A stretch of 64,000 nt of DNA from the IMG/VR virus record IMGVR_UViG_3300020188_000808, positions 62,001 through 126,000 of that record. The stretch is one strand, 5' to 3'. Within the stretch, counting starts at the first letter, position 1. The number at the start of each line of letters is the position of its first letter. Shown one piece after another: positions 1 to 9,826 of this stretch. Below the pieces are notes generated by a model, which worked only from the letters and a program-made list of their open reading frames with translations, was not told where the DNA came from and searched no databases. A program made the position numbers and the translations under genes.

Positions 1-1889
1 CCAACTGATGCATCTGTTACAACTGATGATACTTGTGTATCAGTACCTGGTACTTCGTAAATACTTGGATATCCTCTTTGCATAGCAATCGCTTGCCATT
101 TAGTGGGCTGTAACCCGTATTCAAAGTCAGCATCAAGCATAGATACTGAGTTACTAACACGCATACGTTCAATAGCATCTGTACCAAAGTCATGTGGTCT
201 AGTAATAACATCACCTTGATCAATAAAGATTTGAATATCATCTGTATCGTAAAATTGTTTAACTTCTTCTTTGATTGGTAATACATTTAATCCGTTTTCA
301 ATAACGTTTGTAATAACACCAAATAGTTCTGTTACTCTTTGACTAACATTTAATTCACTAATTTGTAAAATAGTATTTTGTGAAATTGCACCTGCACCAA
401 CTTGTTCTGTTGGGTATAGTGTATTTGAAAAAATGTAATTGTTAATTACATCTCTAGCAAAATGTTTTGCTAAAATTTCTGGCATTCTATCGCCGTCAAT
501 TTGTGGCGTAGTTTGTACCCAATACTTACTAGCATTGTAATGTGTTTTTGTATTTCCAGAATATTTAATATCGTGTGTAATTCCTTCAATATTAAATCCC
601 ATATCTCTTTCACACTTAGCAGTATTGTATGTATAGTTGTACCATACATCTGAAATTGCATTAGCTGTTGCTGATACAAATATGTGATCTGAAGTATCAG
701 ATGAAATACCAACATTAATTGTAACTGTGTCTGTAGTAGAACTTTCAATTAAAATTGGTTTATTATAAGTTGGATCTGTTCCTGTATCATTAGGCACACC
801 ACTTGCTCTTGGATATGCATGTTCAGTAGCATGATTATCTTTAGCACAAGTAAATGTTAAACCACCAGGAGCAATTCTAATATAATCTCCTCTATAAAAC
901 GTATGACTAGGAATTGTTAAAACCATTTGGCCACTTGCTGGACTAAATGTTGCCGCAGTTGGAGTAAATCTTGTACTTGCCGCAACTTTACCTGCAATCC
1001 AAGCAACAGTTTCTTTCTTTAAAAACTCTAAGTTTGCTTCTAATAGTGCTACTGCTTTTGGAGAATAAACTCTATTATCTGTATCTTTCTTTAGGTATAC
1101 TGTAGTAACTGTACCAGTTCTTTCAAGGAACTTTGGAAAGTCTTCTTCAATACCTTTAGTTAACTGTGAAGTATCATCTGTTTGGAATGCAGTTGACGCA
1201 CCTAAATCAGGGTCACTAAAGTTATATAAAATTTCGTTGTTTGTTGAATCTGTAATCAACAATAAATCGTTTGCAGGAACACGAGTTTGAATTTTAACAC
1301 TTGAAATTTGTGATCTCTGTAGTGGAGGAATAACATCTAAGCCGCCTGCAATAACAGTTGTAATGATTCCCATTAGTTCTGTTATTCTTGCATCAGTACC
1401 TGTTTCATAGTTACTGCCGTTGTCATAAACTTGCACTTGTGCTGGTGGTTCTGATTGTAAACTTGTGTAAGGAACTTGTGGTAGAATGTAGTTATTAATT
1501 AAACTAACAACAAAGTTCTTAGCCGCAATTTCAGGAGCTCTATCACCATCAATCTGCGGAGTTGAATTAATCCAATACTTACTTGCTAAGAAACGTGCTT
1601 GATAATTTCCGCCATAACGCAAATCCCAAAGTACGCCGGTTGCTCCGTCTGTACCTTCTAAATTGTATCGTGTATCTCGTCTACATAGTACATCATTGTA
1701 TGTGTAGTTGTACCATATTGATCCTGGATTACCTGTATTTGCCGCAACTTGTGCAGTAAGCCATGCTGACAGTTCTTCAACAATAAAGTTAATGTTTGAT
1801 TTTATTAGACTGTATGCATACGGAAATCTATTTTCACTAATAGGAATTCCTGGTTGAAATATATACGAGTCAATTTTTTTCTTTGCCAT
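1..1889 (-). CDS. Large virion structural/fibre protein, N-terminal part (runs off window start)
   Basis: ATG at 1889 (MAKKKIDSYIFQPG...). Read by hand as open to the window edge. Two YNYTYN..C.RD modules like those in 13609..19731. Absent from the ORF track, presumably because no stop lies in the window. Confidence 0.75.
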   Translation of the reverse strand, partial: MAKKKIDSYIFQPGIPISENRFPYAYSLIKSNINFIVEELSAWLTAQVAANTGNPGSIWYNYTYNDVLCRRDTRYNLEGTDGATGVLWDLRYGGNYQARFLASKYWINSTPQIDGDRAPEIAAKNFVVSLINNYILPQVPYTSLQSEPPAQVQVYDNGSNYETGTDARITELMGIITTVIAGGLDVIPPLQRSQISSVKIQTRVPANDLLLITDSTNNEILYNFSDPDLGASTAFQTDDTSQLTKGIEEDFPKFLERTGTVTTVYLKKDTDNRVYSPKAVALLEANLEFLKKETVAWIAGKVAASTRFTPTAATFSPASGQMVLTIPSHTFYRGDYIRIAPGGLTFTCAKDNHATEHAYPRASGVPNDTGTDPTYNKPILIESSTTDTVTINVGISSDTSDHIFVSATANAISDVWYNYTYNTAKCERDMGFNIEGITHDIKYSGNTKTHYNASKYWVQTTPQIDGDRMPEILAKHFARDVINNYIFSNTLYPTEQVGAGAISQNTILQISELNVSQRVTELFGVITNVIENGLNVLPIKEEVKQFYDTDDIQIFIDQGDVITRPHDFGTDAIERMRVSNSVSMLDADFEYGLQPTKWQAIAMQRGYPSIYEVPGTDTQVSSVVTDASV

Positions 1890-1897
1890 CTGTTTTC

Positions 1898-2926
1898 CTA
1901 CATTCCGAAAGCAACAGCCATTGCTGATGCCCTACTGTCTACATATTTTTTGTTAGTAACTGTTGTAGCTGTTGTTGGGTTTGCTTGTACTTGTGCCGAA
2001 GCAAACGTTGCATTAGCCGGAGTTACTGCTCCAATTGTAGTGTTATTTATTGTTCCTGCGGTTGCTGTTAGGTTGTTAGTGATAACTGACCCTGGCTTAG
2101 TCGAACCAATACTTACACCATCTATATTGCCGCCACCTGCTGGTGCAATAGTTAATCTACCACTACCTGTTGGGCTTACATTTACATTCGCATTTAAACC
2201 TGTAAAGTTTGCAGTATCTGTTACTGTTAATAAGTTAGCAGTAATATCCATGTTATTAAGTGTTCCACCGTTTGATGGATTTATTACTACTGTTCCTGAA
2301 CTTCCAGTTGGAGATAGTGTAATAACTGCATTCTCACCCTGGGCTGTTAAGTTACCGGTTGTTGTAATTCTACTAAAATTACCAATACCACTAACTAGTG
2401 GATCAATAACTGTAATTTCTACTAAAGGTATTTGGTCACCGTCACCATACCATAATGTTGCTGGTGCATTATCTGGAACTGCAAAGGTTATTTTACCTTC
2501 AAATTTACTTTGTGCATCATTGCCTGTAAGTGTTGTAAGACCGTCTTTAGAAGTATGTGTTAGCCCTGTATTAAAGTTAGAATATACACTACCATCAAAG
2601 CTGAATATATTCATTGTGATGTCACCAGTTATATCACCAGCTTCATTTAATTCTCTTAAAAATAAGTTAAAAACATAACTACTTCCTCGAACAAGCTCAA
2701 TTGGTGGATTTAGTAATAACTCATCTGGTTCGTCTGGATTATATACTTCGTCAATAGTAAATCCGTTACCTGCTTGTCTAAATAAGAAATCGCCAGCTGT
2801 ATCAACAACCTCGTCGACAACGGTATATGTTAATGTGCGTACACTAACATTACCAACTTCGTCAACTTCAAACCCTGGACTAGTAAATCCATACTGTGCT
2901 TGAAAGGGTGATTTAATTACTGCCAT
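1898..2926 (-). CDS. Virion structural/fibre protein with degenerate cupredoxin-like module
   Basis: 342 aa. LVRGSSYVFN...FAVPDNAPATLWY module without Cys/His ligands. Thr-rich beta repeats. C-terminal NKKYVDSRASAMAVAFG. Confidence 0.65.
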   Translation of the reverse strand: MAVIKSPFQAQYGFTSPGFEVDEVGNVSVRTLTYTVVDEVVDTAGDFLFRQAGNGFTIDEVYNPDEPDELLLNPPIELVRGSSYVFNLFLRELNEAGDITGDITMNIFSFDGSVYSNFNTGLTHTSKDGLTTLTGNDAQSKFEGKITFAVPDNAPATLWYGDGDQIPLVEITVIDPLVSGIGNFSRITTTGNLTAQGENAVITLSPTGSSGTVVINPSNGGTLNNMDITANLLTVTDTANFTGLNANVNVSPTGSGRLTIAPAGGGNIDGVSIGSTKPGSVITNNLTATAGTINNTTIGAVTPANATFASAQVQANPTTATTVTNKKYVDSRASAMAVAFGM

Positions 2927-2951
2927 TTATGTTCTCCAATAGTATTTATCA

Positions 2952-4646
2952 CTAGTTTTGTACTACTATTAATCCATGCATTGCACCATGGAATTGACAA
3001 TTATAATGATATGTTCCTGCCGCAGTAGGTTCCCAAACTACATTTCCTGATGTTGAACCTTGGCCTGTAGCCGCTGGTGAAACAACATTGCCAGTACCTG
3101 TTGAGTTTACTGTCTTAATGTAGAACGGATGTCCTGGAGCATTAACAGCAAATGTAAGTGTATCGCCAACACTAACTGTAACTGTTTGATTATTTCCGGA
3201 AACTGCTCCTAATGCGTCTGTGCCTGATAATACATATGCACCTGACCCGTCATTAGTTGTATTAATTGTATAGCTATCTCCTGGTGTTGTACTTGTGTCG
3301 ACAATAGCTAAGTTAAATGTTGATTCGCCATTATCTAATGAAATTACAAATCCTTCATCGCCTTCTGTTGTTGCATCAGCAGTTGCAGTAAATGTTAATG
3401 AGTCTGTTGTACCAACAACAAAGTTACCTGTTAAAGAAGCTCCTGCTAAATCTGCACTAGTAACACCTGTAATTGTATAAGGTAGTACTGTACCATTGTC
3501 AACATTTGAAGTGCTAAGTGTAATTGTAAATGCGTTTCCTTCGTTAACTGTTGTCTGTGTTGATCCTAAAGTATAACTTGGAATTAAAGGACTTAAACTT
3601 GTGTCGCCAAACGCAACTTCAACTGTTGTAGCAGTACCGTCAATTGACATTACAAAAGTTTCGTCGCCGTCAGTATTTAAATCTTCAGCCGCAGTAAACA
3701 CAATAGATTCTGTAGTTCCTACTTCAAAGTTTCCAGATAGATCAGCGCCGCCTATGTCTGAACTGTCAACGCCAGTAATTGTATATCCAACTAAAGTTCC
3801 TTCTTCAACATTTTCTGCTGTTAGAGTAATTGTAAATGATTCACCTTCGTTAACACTTGCCGCTGTTGATGTAAGTCCGTAACTAACAGATGGTGTTGTA
3901 CTTGTATCTTGAATAACAATACTTGTAGTAGCTTGGTTGTTGTCAAGTTTAATTTGCAGTACTTCTTGTCCTTCTGAAGTTGAATCAACAGTAATTGGAA
4001 AACTAAGAATATCAGTAGTACCAACAATAAATGATCCTGTAAGATTAAATCCGCCTATGTCTGCACTTTGTATTCCTGAAATTGTATAAGGTAATACTGT
4101 ACCTGCAAGTACATTTGATGTAACTAATGTTATTGTAACTGTTTGTCCAAGTTCGCCTGTGTTTGTAGTACTTGGGTTAAGTGTATAAACTGGTGCGTCG
4201 GCCGCTCTGCTTGATCCTAACAATGTTGCTGTAGGTTCGTTTTGTGTCGCATAATAATTTGCTGAATAAATTACTTTTGCACCTTGGATAGCTGTTGAGT
4301 CATCTTGTACTCTTGGATATGCTACTAATTTAAAGAATGAATCTGTAACTTCAACTTCTAATTGTATTAGATCGTTTCCTAAATTACTACGTCCATATAC
4401 AACAATATTTGCTTCACTAGTACTAGCAGTTGCTAAACACTTAAGAACTTCTTTGCGTTCACTGTTTACATCACACGCAACAGTATATTCAACACCGAAA
4501 TAACTTCCTACATACCAGCGATCTAATTCTGTTCCTGATTCTACTAGTGTATAACTTGGACCTGCGTAAGACAAGTTGGTTCCGTTACGAAACTCAATTG
4601 TACTGTTTTGTCCACGTCTAAAATATTTGGTGATATCGAAGCTCAT
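2952..4646 (-). CDS. Virion protein with 3 Calx-beta/Ig-like repeats and C-terminal cupredoxin (plastocyanin-like) domain
   Basis: 564 aa. Three ~100-aa repeats (VNEG.SFTITL...GT.LPYTITG). C-terminal GHPF...YNCQFHGAM copper-ligand pattern. Confidence 0.7.
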   Translation of the reverse strand: MSFDITKYFRRGQNSTIEFRNGTNLSYAGPSYTLVESGTELDRWYVGSYFGVEYTVACDVNSERKEVLKCLATASTSEANIVVYGRSNLGNDLIQLEVEVTDSFFKLVAYPRVQDDSTAIQGAKVIYSANYYATQNEPTATLLGSSRAADAPVYTLNPSTTNTGELGQTVTITLVTSNVLAGTVLPYTISGIQSADIGGFNLTGSFIVGTTDILSFPITVDSTSEGQEVLQIKLDNNQATTSIVIQDTSTTPSVSYGLTSTAASVNEGESFTITLTAENVEEGTLVGYTITGVDSSDIGGADLSGNFEVGTTESIVFTAAEDLNTDGDETFVMSIDGTATTVEVAFGDTSLSPLIPSYTLGSTQTTVNEGNAFTITLSTSNVDNGTVLPYTITGVTSADLAGASLTGNFVVGTTDSLTFTATADATTEGDEGFVISLDNGESTFNLAIVDTSTTPGDSYTINTTNDGSGAYVLSGTDALGAVSGNNQTVTVSVGDTLTFAVNAPGHPFYIKTVNSTGTGNVVSPAATGQGSTSGNVVWEPTAAGTYHYNCQFHGAMHGLIVVQN

Positions 4647-4746
4647 TTTACCTTTTACATTCCTCTTTAGTATATTTACCTAATTTGCAGACTGTTACGA
4701 GTTATGAGAAATACCTAAATATCGCAGGTCTAATGGGTGTAATTTA

Positions 4747-6558
4747 CTAATTTTTTAATGTTACTAGCTTTTGATATTCAGGTAGATAAAGATATTCGAT
4801 GTCACTATTAGCAAGTGTACGTACTGCATCATCAAGTGTTTCAACTAAAGGCTCGCCACCTAAATTAAAACTTGTATTAAAGATAATACTAATACCTGTG
4901 CGTTCTTTAAATGCTTTAATTACATCATAGTAGTGTTTATTTTGATCTCTATTAACAGTTTGAATACGACATGTTCCGTCAACATGAATAATACTTGGAA
5001 TCTTATCTGCAATGCCGTCTTGGCAGTTTACAGCATACATCATTGTTGGTGAACTTTTCATTCCACGTAGGTCAAACCATTCATGTACATCTTCTTCTAA
5101 AATAGATCCTGCAAACGGACGAAAGTATTCACGTCTTTTAACTTTGTTTACATAATCTTTACCATTAGGATCTGTTGGATCGTACATAATAGTTCTATTA
5201 CCTAATGCACGTGGTCCGTTTTCTGAACGTCCTTGGAATAATGTAACGATTTTTCTATCTACTAATAATTCTACTGCTTTTGCGTTGTCGCAATCTTCAA
5301 CAGTTGCTTCGTATTTTTCTACTACTTTGTTAATATCATCTTCAGAATAACAGTAAGCCGGTCCTTCATATAATGTTTCTTGTTGTTTTTGAACTTTGTT
5401 ACTTTTAGTTAAACGTCTGTGCATTAACATTGCACCGCCCATGGCTGTACCTGCATCGTTACTTACTGGCTCAACATAGATTTCAATTCCGTCATCTTTT
5501 AATGCTTCTAAATAATGATAGTTAGCAACACAGTTAAGTCCATATCCTCCACTAATAACTACTTTATTTTTTCCTGACATTTGAACTGCTTTACGAATTA
5601 ATTTAACAACTTCTTCTTGGCTTTCAGTTTGAATATTATATGCCATGTTGCGTCTATTTTCTAAATAGGTTACGTCTTGCGTTTCTGGATTGTCGCCGTG
5701 GTCAGTTAAGTAAGGGTGCATATTGTAATTAACATGAGCTCCATTAGGATATGTTGGAACAATAACATGTCTATCTGCTTGTGAAGTTAATGTATCATGT
5801 CTAAAGATTTTTGGTGCAGTATCAGCTTTTCCATATGGAAATAGTCCCATAGTCTTGCCTGCTTCAATAAAACTAAATCCACAGTATTCTGTTACTGCCT
5901 CATATGCTTTAACAATTCCAGCATTTTCTGAAATAACTAACTCATGTGTAGCTTCTTTATCTTCGTCATACATTTCACTTGAAAACTCAGGTATCCAAGC
6001 ACCCATTAAAGGACCGTTAGCACCAATGTGCTTGTATAATGTTTTAAAATTGTCAGGATAATTACAATCGTAAATACTTTCAGTTTCCCAAACAGTAGTA
6101 GGTTGCCCGCCAATATCTAATGTAATAAAAGTTCCTGCACCATCTACAATAAGTGCTACTGCATCTTCAAATCCTGAACGATAAAATGCACAAGCCGCAT
6201 GTAACTTGTGATGAATATTTGACATGTCAATTACTTGTGGATGAGATGTACCAGTGTAAGGTAATCTTTTAATTAATCCTAACTTACGTGCAAGACCTGT
6301 ATAAACATCGTCTCCACTAAAGTCTACTTTACCAGCAGTTTGATCTAAATTTTGTGTATGTGCAACAACTAAAAAATCTAATGTATCAGTGTATTCAAGT
6401 ATTTTAACCATACTTGCATATGGCCCGCCATCATACTTTTGTCTAGTTAATCGTTCTTCTTCAATTGAAAAAACAATTTCACCATCTTTTAATAAACATA
6501 CTCCGCCGTTGTGTCCTCTAGCGATTCCTGCAATCCATACTGGCTTTTTAGTTGGCAT
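4747..6558 (-). CDS. O-carbamoyltransferase, NodU/CmcH/TobZ family
   Basis: 603 aa. Motifs EEERLTRQK, HHKLHA, DGAG, GKTMGL, GG..LNCVAN, GPRALGNR, KRREYFRPFA, HVDGTCRIQTV, NTSFN..GEP. Confidence 0.92.
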   Translation of the reverse strand: MPTKKPVWIAGIARGHNGGVCLLKDGEIVFSIEEERLTRQKYDGGPYASMVKILEYTDTLDFLVVAHTQNLDQTAGKVDFSGDDVYTGLARKLGLIKRLPYTGTSHPQVIDMSNIHHKLHAACAFYRSGFEDAVALIVDGAGTFITLDIGGQPTTVWETESIYDCNYPDNFKTLYKHIGANGPLMGAWIPEFSSEMYDEDKEATHELVISENAGIVKAYEAVTEYCGFSFIEAGKTMGLFPYGKADTAPKIFRHDTLTSQADRHVIVPTYPNGAHVNYNMHPYLTDHGDNPETQDVTYLENRRNMAYNIQTESQEEVVKLIRKAVQMSGKNKVVISGGYGLNCVANYHYLEALKDDGIEIYVEPVSNDAGTAMGGAMLMHRRLTKSNKVQKQQETLYEGPAYCYSEDDINKVVEKYEATVEDCDNAKAVELLVDRKIVTLFQGRSENGPRALGNRTIMYDPTDPNGKDYVNKVKRREYFRPFAGSILEEDVHEWFDLRGMKSSPTMMYAVNCQDGIADKIPSIIHVDGTCRIQTVNRDQNKHYYDVIKAFKERTGISIIFNTSFNLGGEPLVETLDDAVRTLANSDIEYLYLPEYQKLVTLKN

Positions 6559-7378
6559 CTTTTATTCCTCTGTAACTTCTATCCCAATTTACTAACTTAG
6601 TAATATTTTTAATAGTTTGTTTATAGTCATTAGTTTTACACTCTATAACAGTATCTATCATTTTTTTCGTTGTATCATCTAAGTTCTGGTTTAAATATGA
6701 CTGCACAAAACTTAAATGTTGTGTTGGACTAGGGTGTAACTCTACCCATTTTTCACCGTTTTCTTCAAACCACCAACTGTGTTCTGGACTATTCCAAGCA
6801 TGTAACCCTAAAGGTTCTAACCATTCAGGTCCTTCTAACACATATCTATATTGTTCTAAATTAAATTCTTTAAATGCATCAGCAAGTTCGGGAGTATTTC
6901 TTAAATTTTCTCCATGTCCTTTTTGATGCGGTATATCAGTACCTAACGTTTCTAAGTTACTAATACTTGTAAAATAAAACTTGCAATTAGTATCTTTTAA
7001 TAATCCTTTAGTAAGTATGATGTTATTCATTGTATGTAAAAACAATGCTTTCTCATCATAAAAAGTTTCTATCCATTTATCATCAAATACTTCTTTATTC
7101 TGATAACTGAATATACTACCTTTAGTTTGCCAAGGTTCTTTGTGCTTAAAGTTAAGATAGTCGTAACGTAAATGACTTGACCATTGTACGATTACTGTAT
7201 CGTCTTTGTCAATTTCATTTGTAGCATGGCATTCTGCAACACGTTCAGCAATGGCTCTGTTACCTAAACCTGCGTGTCCCCAGTTTTGATATTCATCGAA
7301 ATCTTGTGCATATATGTCTGCATATGTAGGCCAATTCCATGATGTATAGGAACATCCAAACACAAATAAACGTTTCAT
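6548..7378 (-). CDS. SGNH/GDSL-like hydrolase-fold protein
   Basis: 276 aa. N-terminal FVFGCSYT, G.GN, IVQWS, C-terminal ELHPS. Confidence 0.6.
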   Translation of the reverse strand: MKRLFVFGCSYTSWNWPTYADIYAQDFDEYQNWGHAGLGNRAIAERVAECHATNEIDKDDTVIVQWSSHLRYDYLNFKHKEPWQTKGSIFSYQNKEVFDDKWIETFYDEKALFLHTMNNIILTKGLLKDTNCKFYFTSISNLETLGTDIPHQKGHGENLRNTPELADAFKEFNLEQYRYVLEGPEWLEPLGLHAWNSPEHSWWFEENGEKWVELHPSPTQHLSFVQSYLNQNLDDTTKKMIDTVIECKTNDYKQTIKNITKLVNWDRSYRGIKDAN

Positions 7379-7380
7379 TA

Positions 7381-8376
7381 TTAAGCAGTTACAGTTGTTT
7401 CTTCAGTAGCTTGGTACTTTTCACCAACTTTTTTCTTATTTCTAATTCCTGCTGTTACTGATTCACAAATGACACTTTCAACTTTTTCGTTCATTGCCAT
7501 AATACCGTCGTTGGTTCTGTCTGCATATTCGTCTGTTGTAACTCTAATAGGTGAATATACTCTAGCACCTTCGCCCATATCTAAAATATCAAAGTTTTTA
7601 TCTTCTGGATATGAAACATTAATTGGAAAAGTTGATCCTATTACTACTGTACACTTCTTATCTAGTGCATGAGCAATATGCTGTCCTACACTATCACACC
7701 CTAAAAAGTAATCTGCGTTTGCAATAATGCCTGCCCAATGTCTTAGGTCTGCACCCATTGGACTTGCTACAGGTTCTTTACAACCGTGTTTTGAAAAATC
7801 AATACCAAATTCTGCCATATGTACTACAGCATATTTCTTTGAAAGTGACTTAACAATGTTGACCGAGTTTTCAGCTTCAAAACTTCTGCCACTCCAGTCA
7901 GTAATAACACCGTTGTCGTGTTGAACTGCTCTTCCAAATGGTTGGAACACAACTACTTTATCTTTTTTAGTTTTTTCTCTAACTTCATCAACTAACTTTT
8001 TACCAAATAGCATTTCTTCTCTTGATAATTTTAAGATAGGTCTTTGTAGTTTACGTAATCCTTTATTATTAATTTGAATATCGTATGCTTCTGCAATACT
8101 ACATTGTTGATTATAGTACTCAAACACCCTGTATGGTTCAGGTGTTAATAAATTCATGTCTTTAAGTTTATCTTGGAAGAGATTCTTGTGCCAGTGATCA
8201 TATGCCTTTGCATGTAGTACTGGATGACCTTTATAAAAGTCAGTACCGCCTTCGCATACAATGATAAAGTTGTCTTCTGGATTTTCTTCTGCAAACTTTT
8301 CAAGTGCTGGAATACTAGCAAGAACTCTGCCAGCACCACCATTGATAAAAATAGCCGTATTTCTTTTATCTGTCAT
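7381..8376 (-). CDS. GT-B glycosyltransferase-like protein (GT9 heptosyltransferase-like)
   Basis: 331 aa. C-terminal IIANADYFLGCDSVGQHIAHALDKKCTVVIG matches the GT9 pattern. N-terminal GGAGRV lacks the usual Asp. Confidence 0.65.
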   Translation of the reverse strand: MTDKRNTAIFINGGAGRVLASIPALEKFAEENPEDNFIIVCEGGTDFYKGHPVLHAKAYDHWHKNLFQDKLKDMNLLTPEPYRVFEYYNQQCSIAEAYDIQINNKGLRKLQRPILKLSREEMLFGKKLVDEVREKTKKDKVVVFQPFGRAVQHDNGVITDWSGRSFEAENSVNIVKSLSKKYAVVHMAEFGIDFSKHGCKEPVASPMGADLRHWAGIIANADYFLGCDSVGQHIAHALDKKCTVVIGSTFPINVSYPEDKNFDILDMGEGARVYSPIRVTTDEYADRTNDGIMAMNEKVESVICESVTAGIRNKKKVGEKYQATEETTVTA

Positions 8377-8433
8377 TTTATATCCTTCTACAATTCGTGT
8401 AATTGCTTGTATAGATATTTAATGTAGATCAGT

Positions 8434-9804
8434 TTAGCTTGTTTGTTTTCTGGCTGTAATAGTTCCAGCAATACGTGTATTGCCTCTTGAATCTGTAGGA
8501 GGTGTTGGAAGCCCATCTGCAATGCCATCATCATATGGTGTACCGTCTGTGCTTAGACCTAATCTAGCCAGATCATTTGCCATATAGTTGCCGCCTGATT
8601 CAGGTGGAATAAAGTGTCCAGTTGCAGGATGATATGTATGATCCATTAACCAGCCATCTGCAGGGTTGTTACGATCTTCTTCACTTGTGTAACGTCCTAT
8701 TGCACCCGGGAATTGGTCTCTTTCACCATATACACCTGGTCTAGCCGCGTTTGGACTTTGTGGAAATCTTACCTTCCAAGGATCAATTCTAGCTACTTTA
8801 CTTAGATTAAATGTAGCACCTGAACCAGCATCTGTTGTTGGTGTAGTTGCTACTGCGTCAAGTGTTCTTGCTTCTTTAATATGTCTTGCGTTAAATGCAT
8901 TACGTGTTCTAACACCTGTAATTGCACCATCTGAATCAACTGATGTAACAATAATGTTTACATCTAATGAATCGTTTTCGTTAACAATAGCAGTATCGTC
9001 TTGACCACTAGTTGCCGCTTCAAAATCAAATCCTGGTCTTTTTCCCATTGGTTGACATAAATCGTCTAATGTACCCACGTCTGCATTTGAAAAACCAAAT
9101 ACACTTGCGTCAACATTAAAGTTATCGCCTACTGCGTATCCTGTTCCTGCTGTTGCAATAGTTACTGTCCAAGCCGCACCGTATGTAGCTGGTAAATTTC
9201 TTAAAGTTGTTCTGTAATCTTGCCAAGCAGTTAGTAATGATGCTGGCATATCTTCTGATACATGACCATCAGCCGCCGCTAATTTACCCCAACGTACTCT
9301 TTTAATTGCTTCCCAATCTGTGTGCGGTTTAATAAACGGATATGGTGTATTCCATTGTTGTGCAACCGGATCATAAGTAATTTCATCTCTATCGTATGTA
9401 TGGTCTGGTGTTGGAACTTCAGGCTCAATGTGTACAAATGGATTACCTTCCCAATCATTAATTGGAAGTGTTTCACTTACTTTTGCTCTACCTTCTAAAA
9501 ATAGTGTGTCTTGATCAGTTTCCATTAATTCACATAACAAAGGATTTTCTTCACAGTTAACTTTAACCATGTATTCACCAACGTTTGGCACATAATCATC
9601 TTCAACTTCGTAGCTAAATTTAACTTCGCCTGTACGCTTGTTGTCACGTTTACGTAGGAATACCCACATTTCTCTTGGACCTTGATACGTCCACTGCCCT
9701 ACTTTACCTAATGTTGTAGTCTGATAAAGATATGCATCTGGCATATCATAAGAGAAATCTACATCAATTTCAATAACTCTATTTTGTGCATTTGGATCTA
9801 TCAT
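8434..9804 (-). CDS. Tail-fibre assembly chaperone-like protein with inserted domain
   Basis: 456 aa. WEAIKRVR...AWQDYRTTLRNLP chaperone motif. Paralog of 11429..12121. Confidence 0.65.
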   Translation of the reverse strand: MIDPNAQNRVIEIDVDFSYDMPDAYLYQTTTLGKVGQWTYQGPREMWVFLRKRDNKRTGEVKFSYEVEDDYVPNVGEYMVKVNCEENPLLCELMETDQDTLFLEGRAKVSETLPINDWEGNPFVHIEPEVPTPDHTYDRDEITYDPVAQQWNTPYPFIKPHTDWEAIKRVRWGKLAAADGHVSEDMPASLLTAWQDYRTTLRNLPATYGAAWTVTIATAGTGYAVGDNFNVDASVFGFSNADVGTLDDLCQPMGKRPGFDFEAATSGQDDTAIVNENDSLDVNIIVTSVDSDGAITGVRTRNAFNARHIKEARTLDAVATTPTTDAGSGATFNLSKVARIDPWKVRFPQSPNAARPGVYGERDQFPGAIGRYTSEEDRNNPADGWLMDHTYHPATGHFIPPESGGNYMANDLARLGLSTDGTPYDDGIADGLPTPPTDSRGNTRIAGTITARKQTS

Positions 9805-9826
9805 ATTCTTTTCCTAATTGTTACCT

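Noticed and set aside
1854-2678. Long plus-strand ORFs antisense to structural genes (also 3601..3882, 18692..19327, 26686..27177, 38343..39008, 41965..42924)
   Set aside because: Shadow frames of Thr/Ala/Gly- or Glu/Asp-rich genes with biased codons. No RBS or recognisable motifs.
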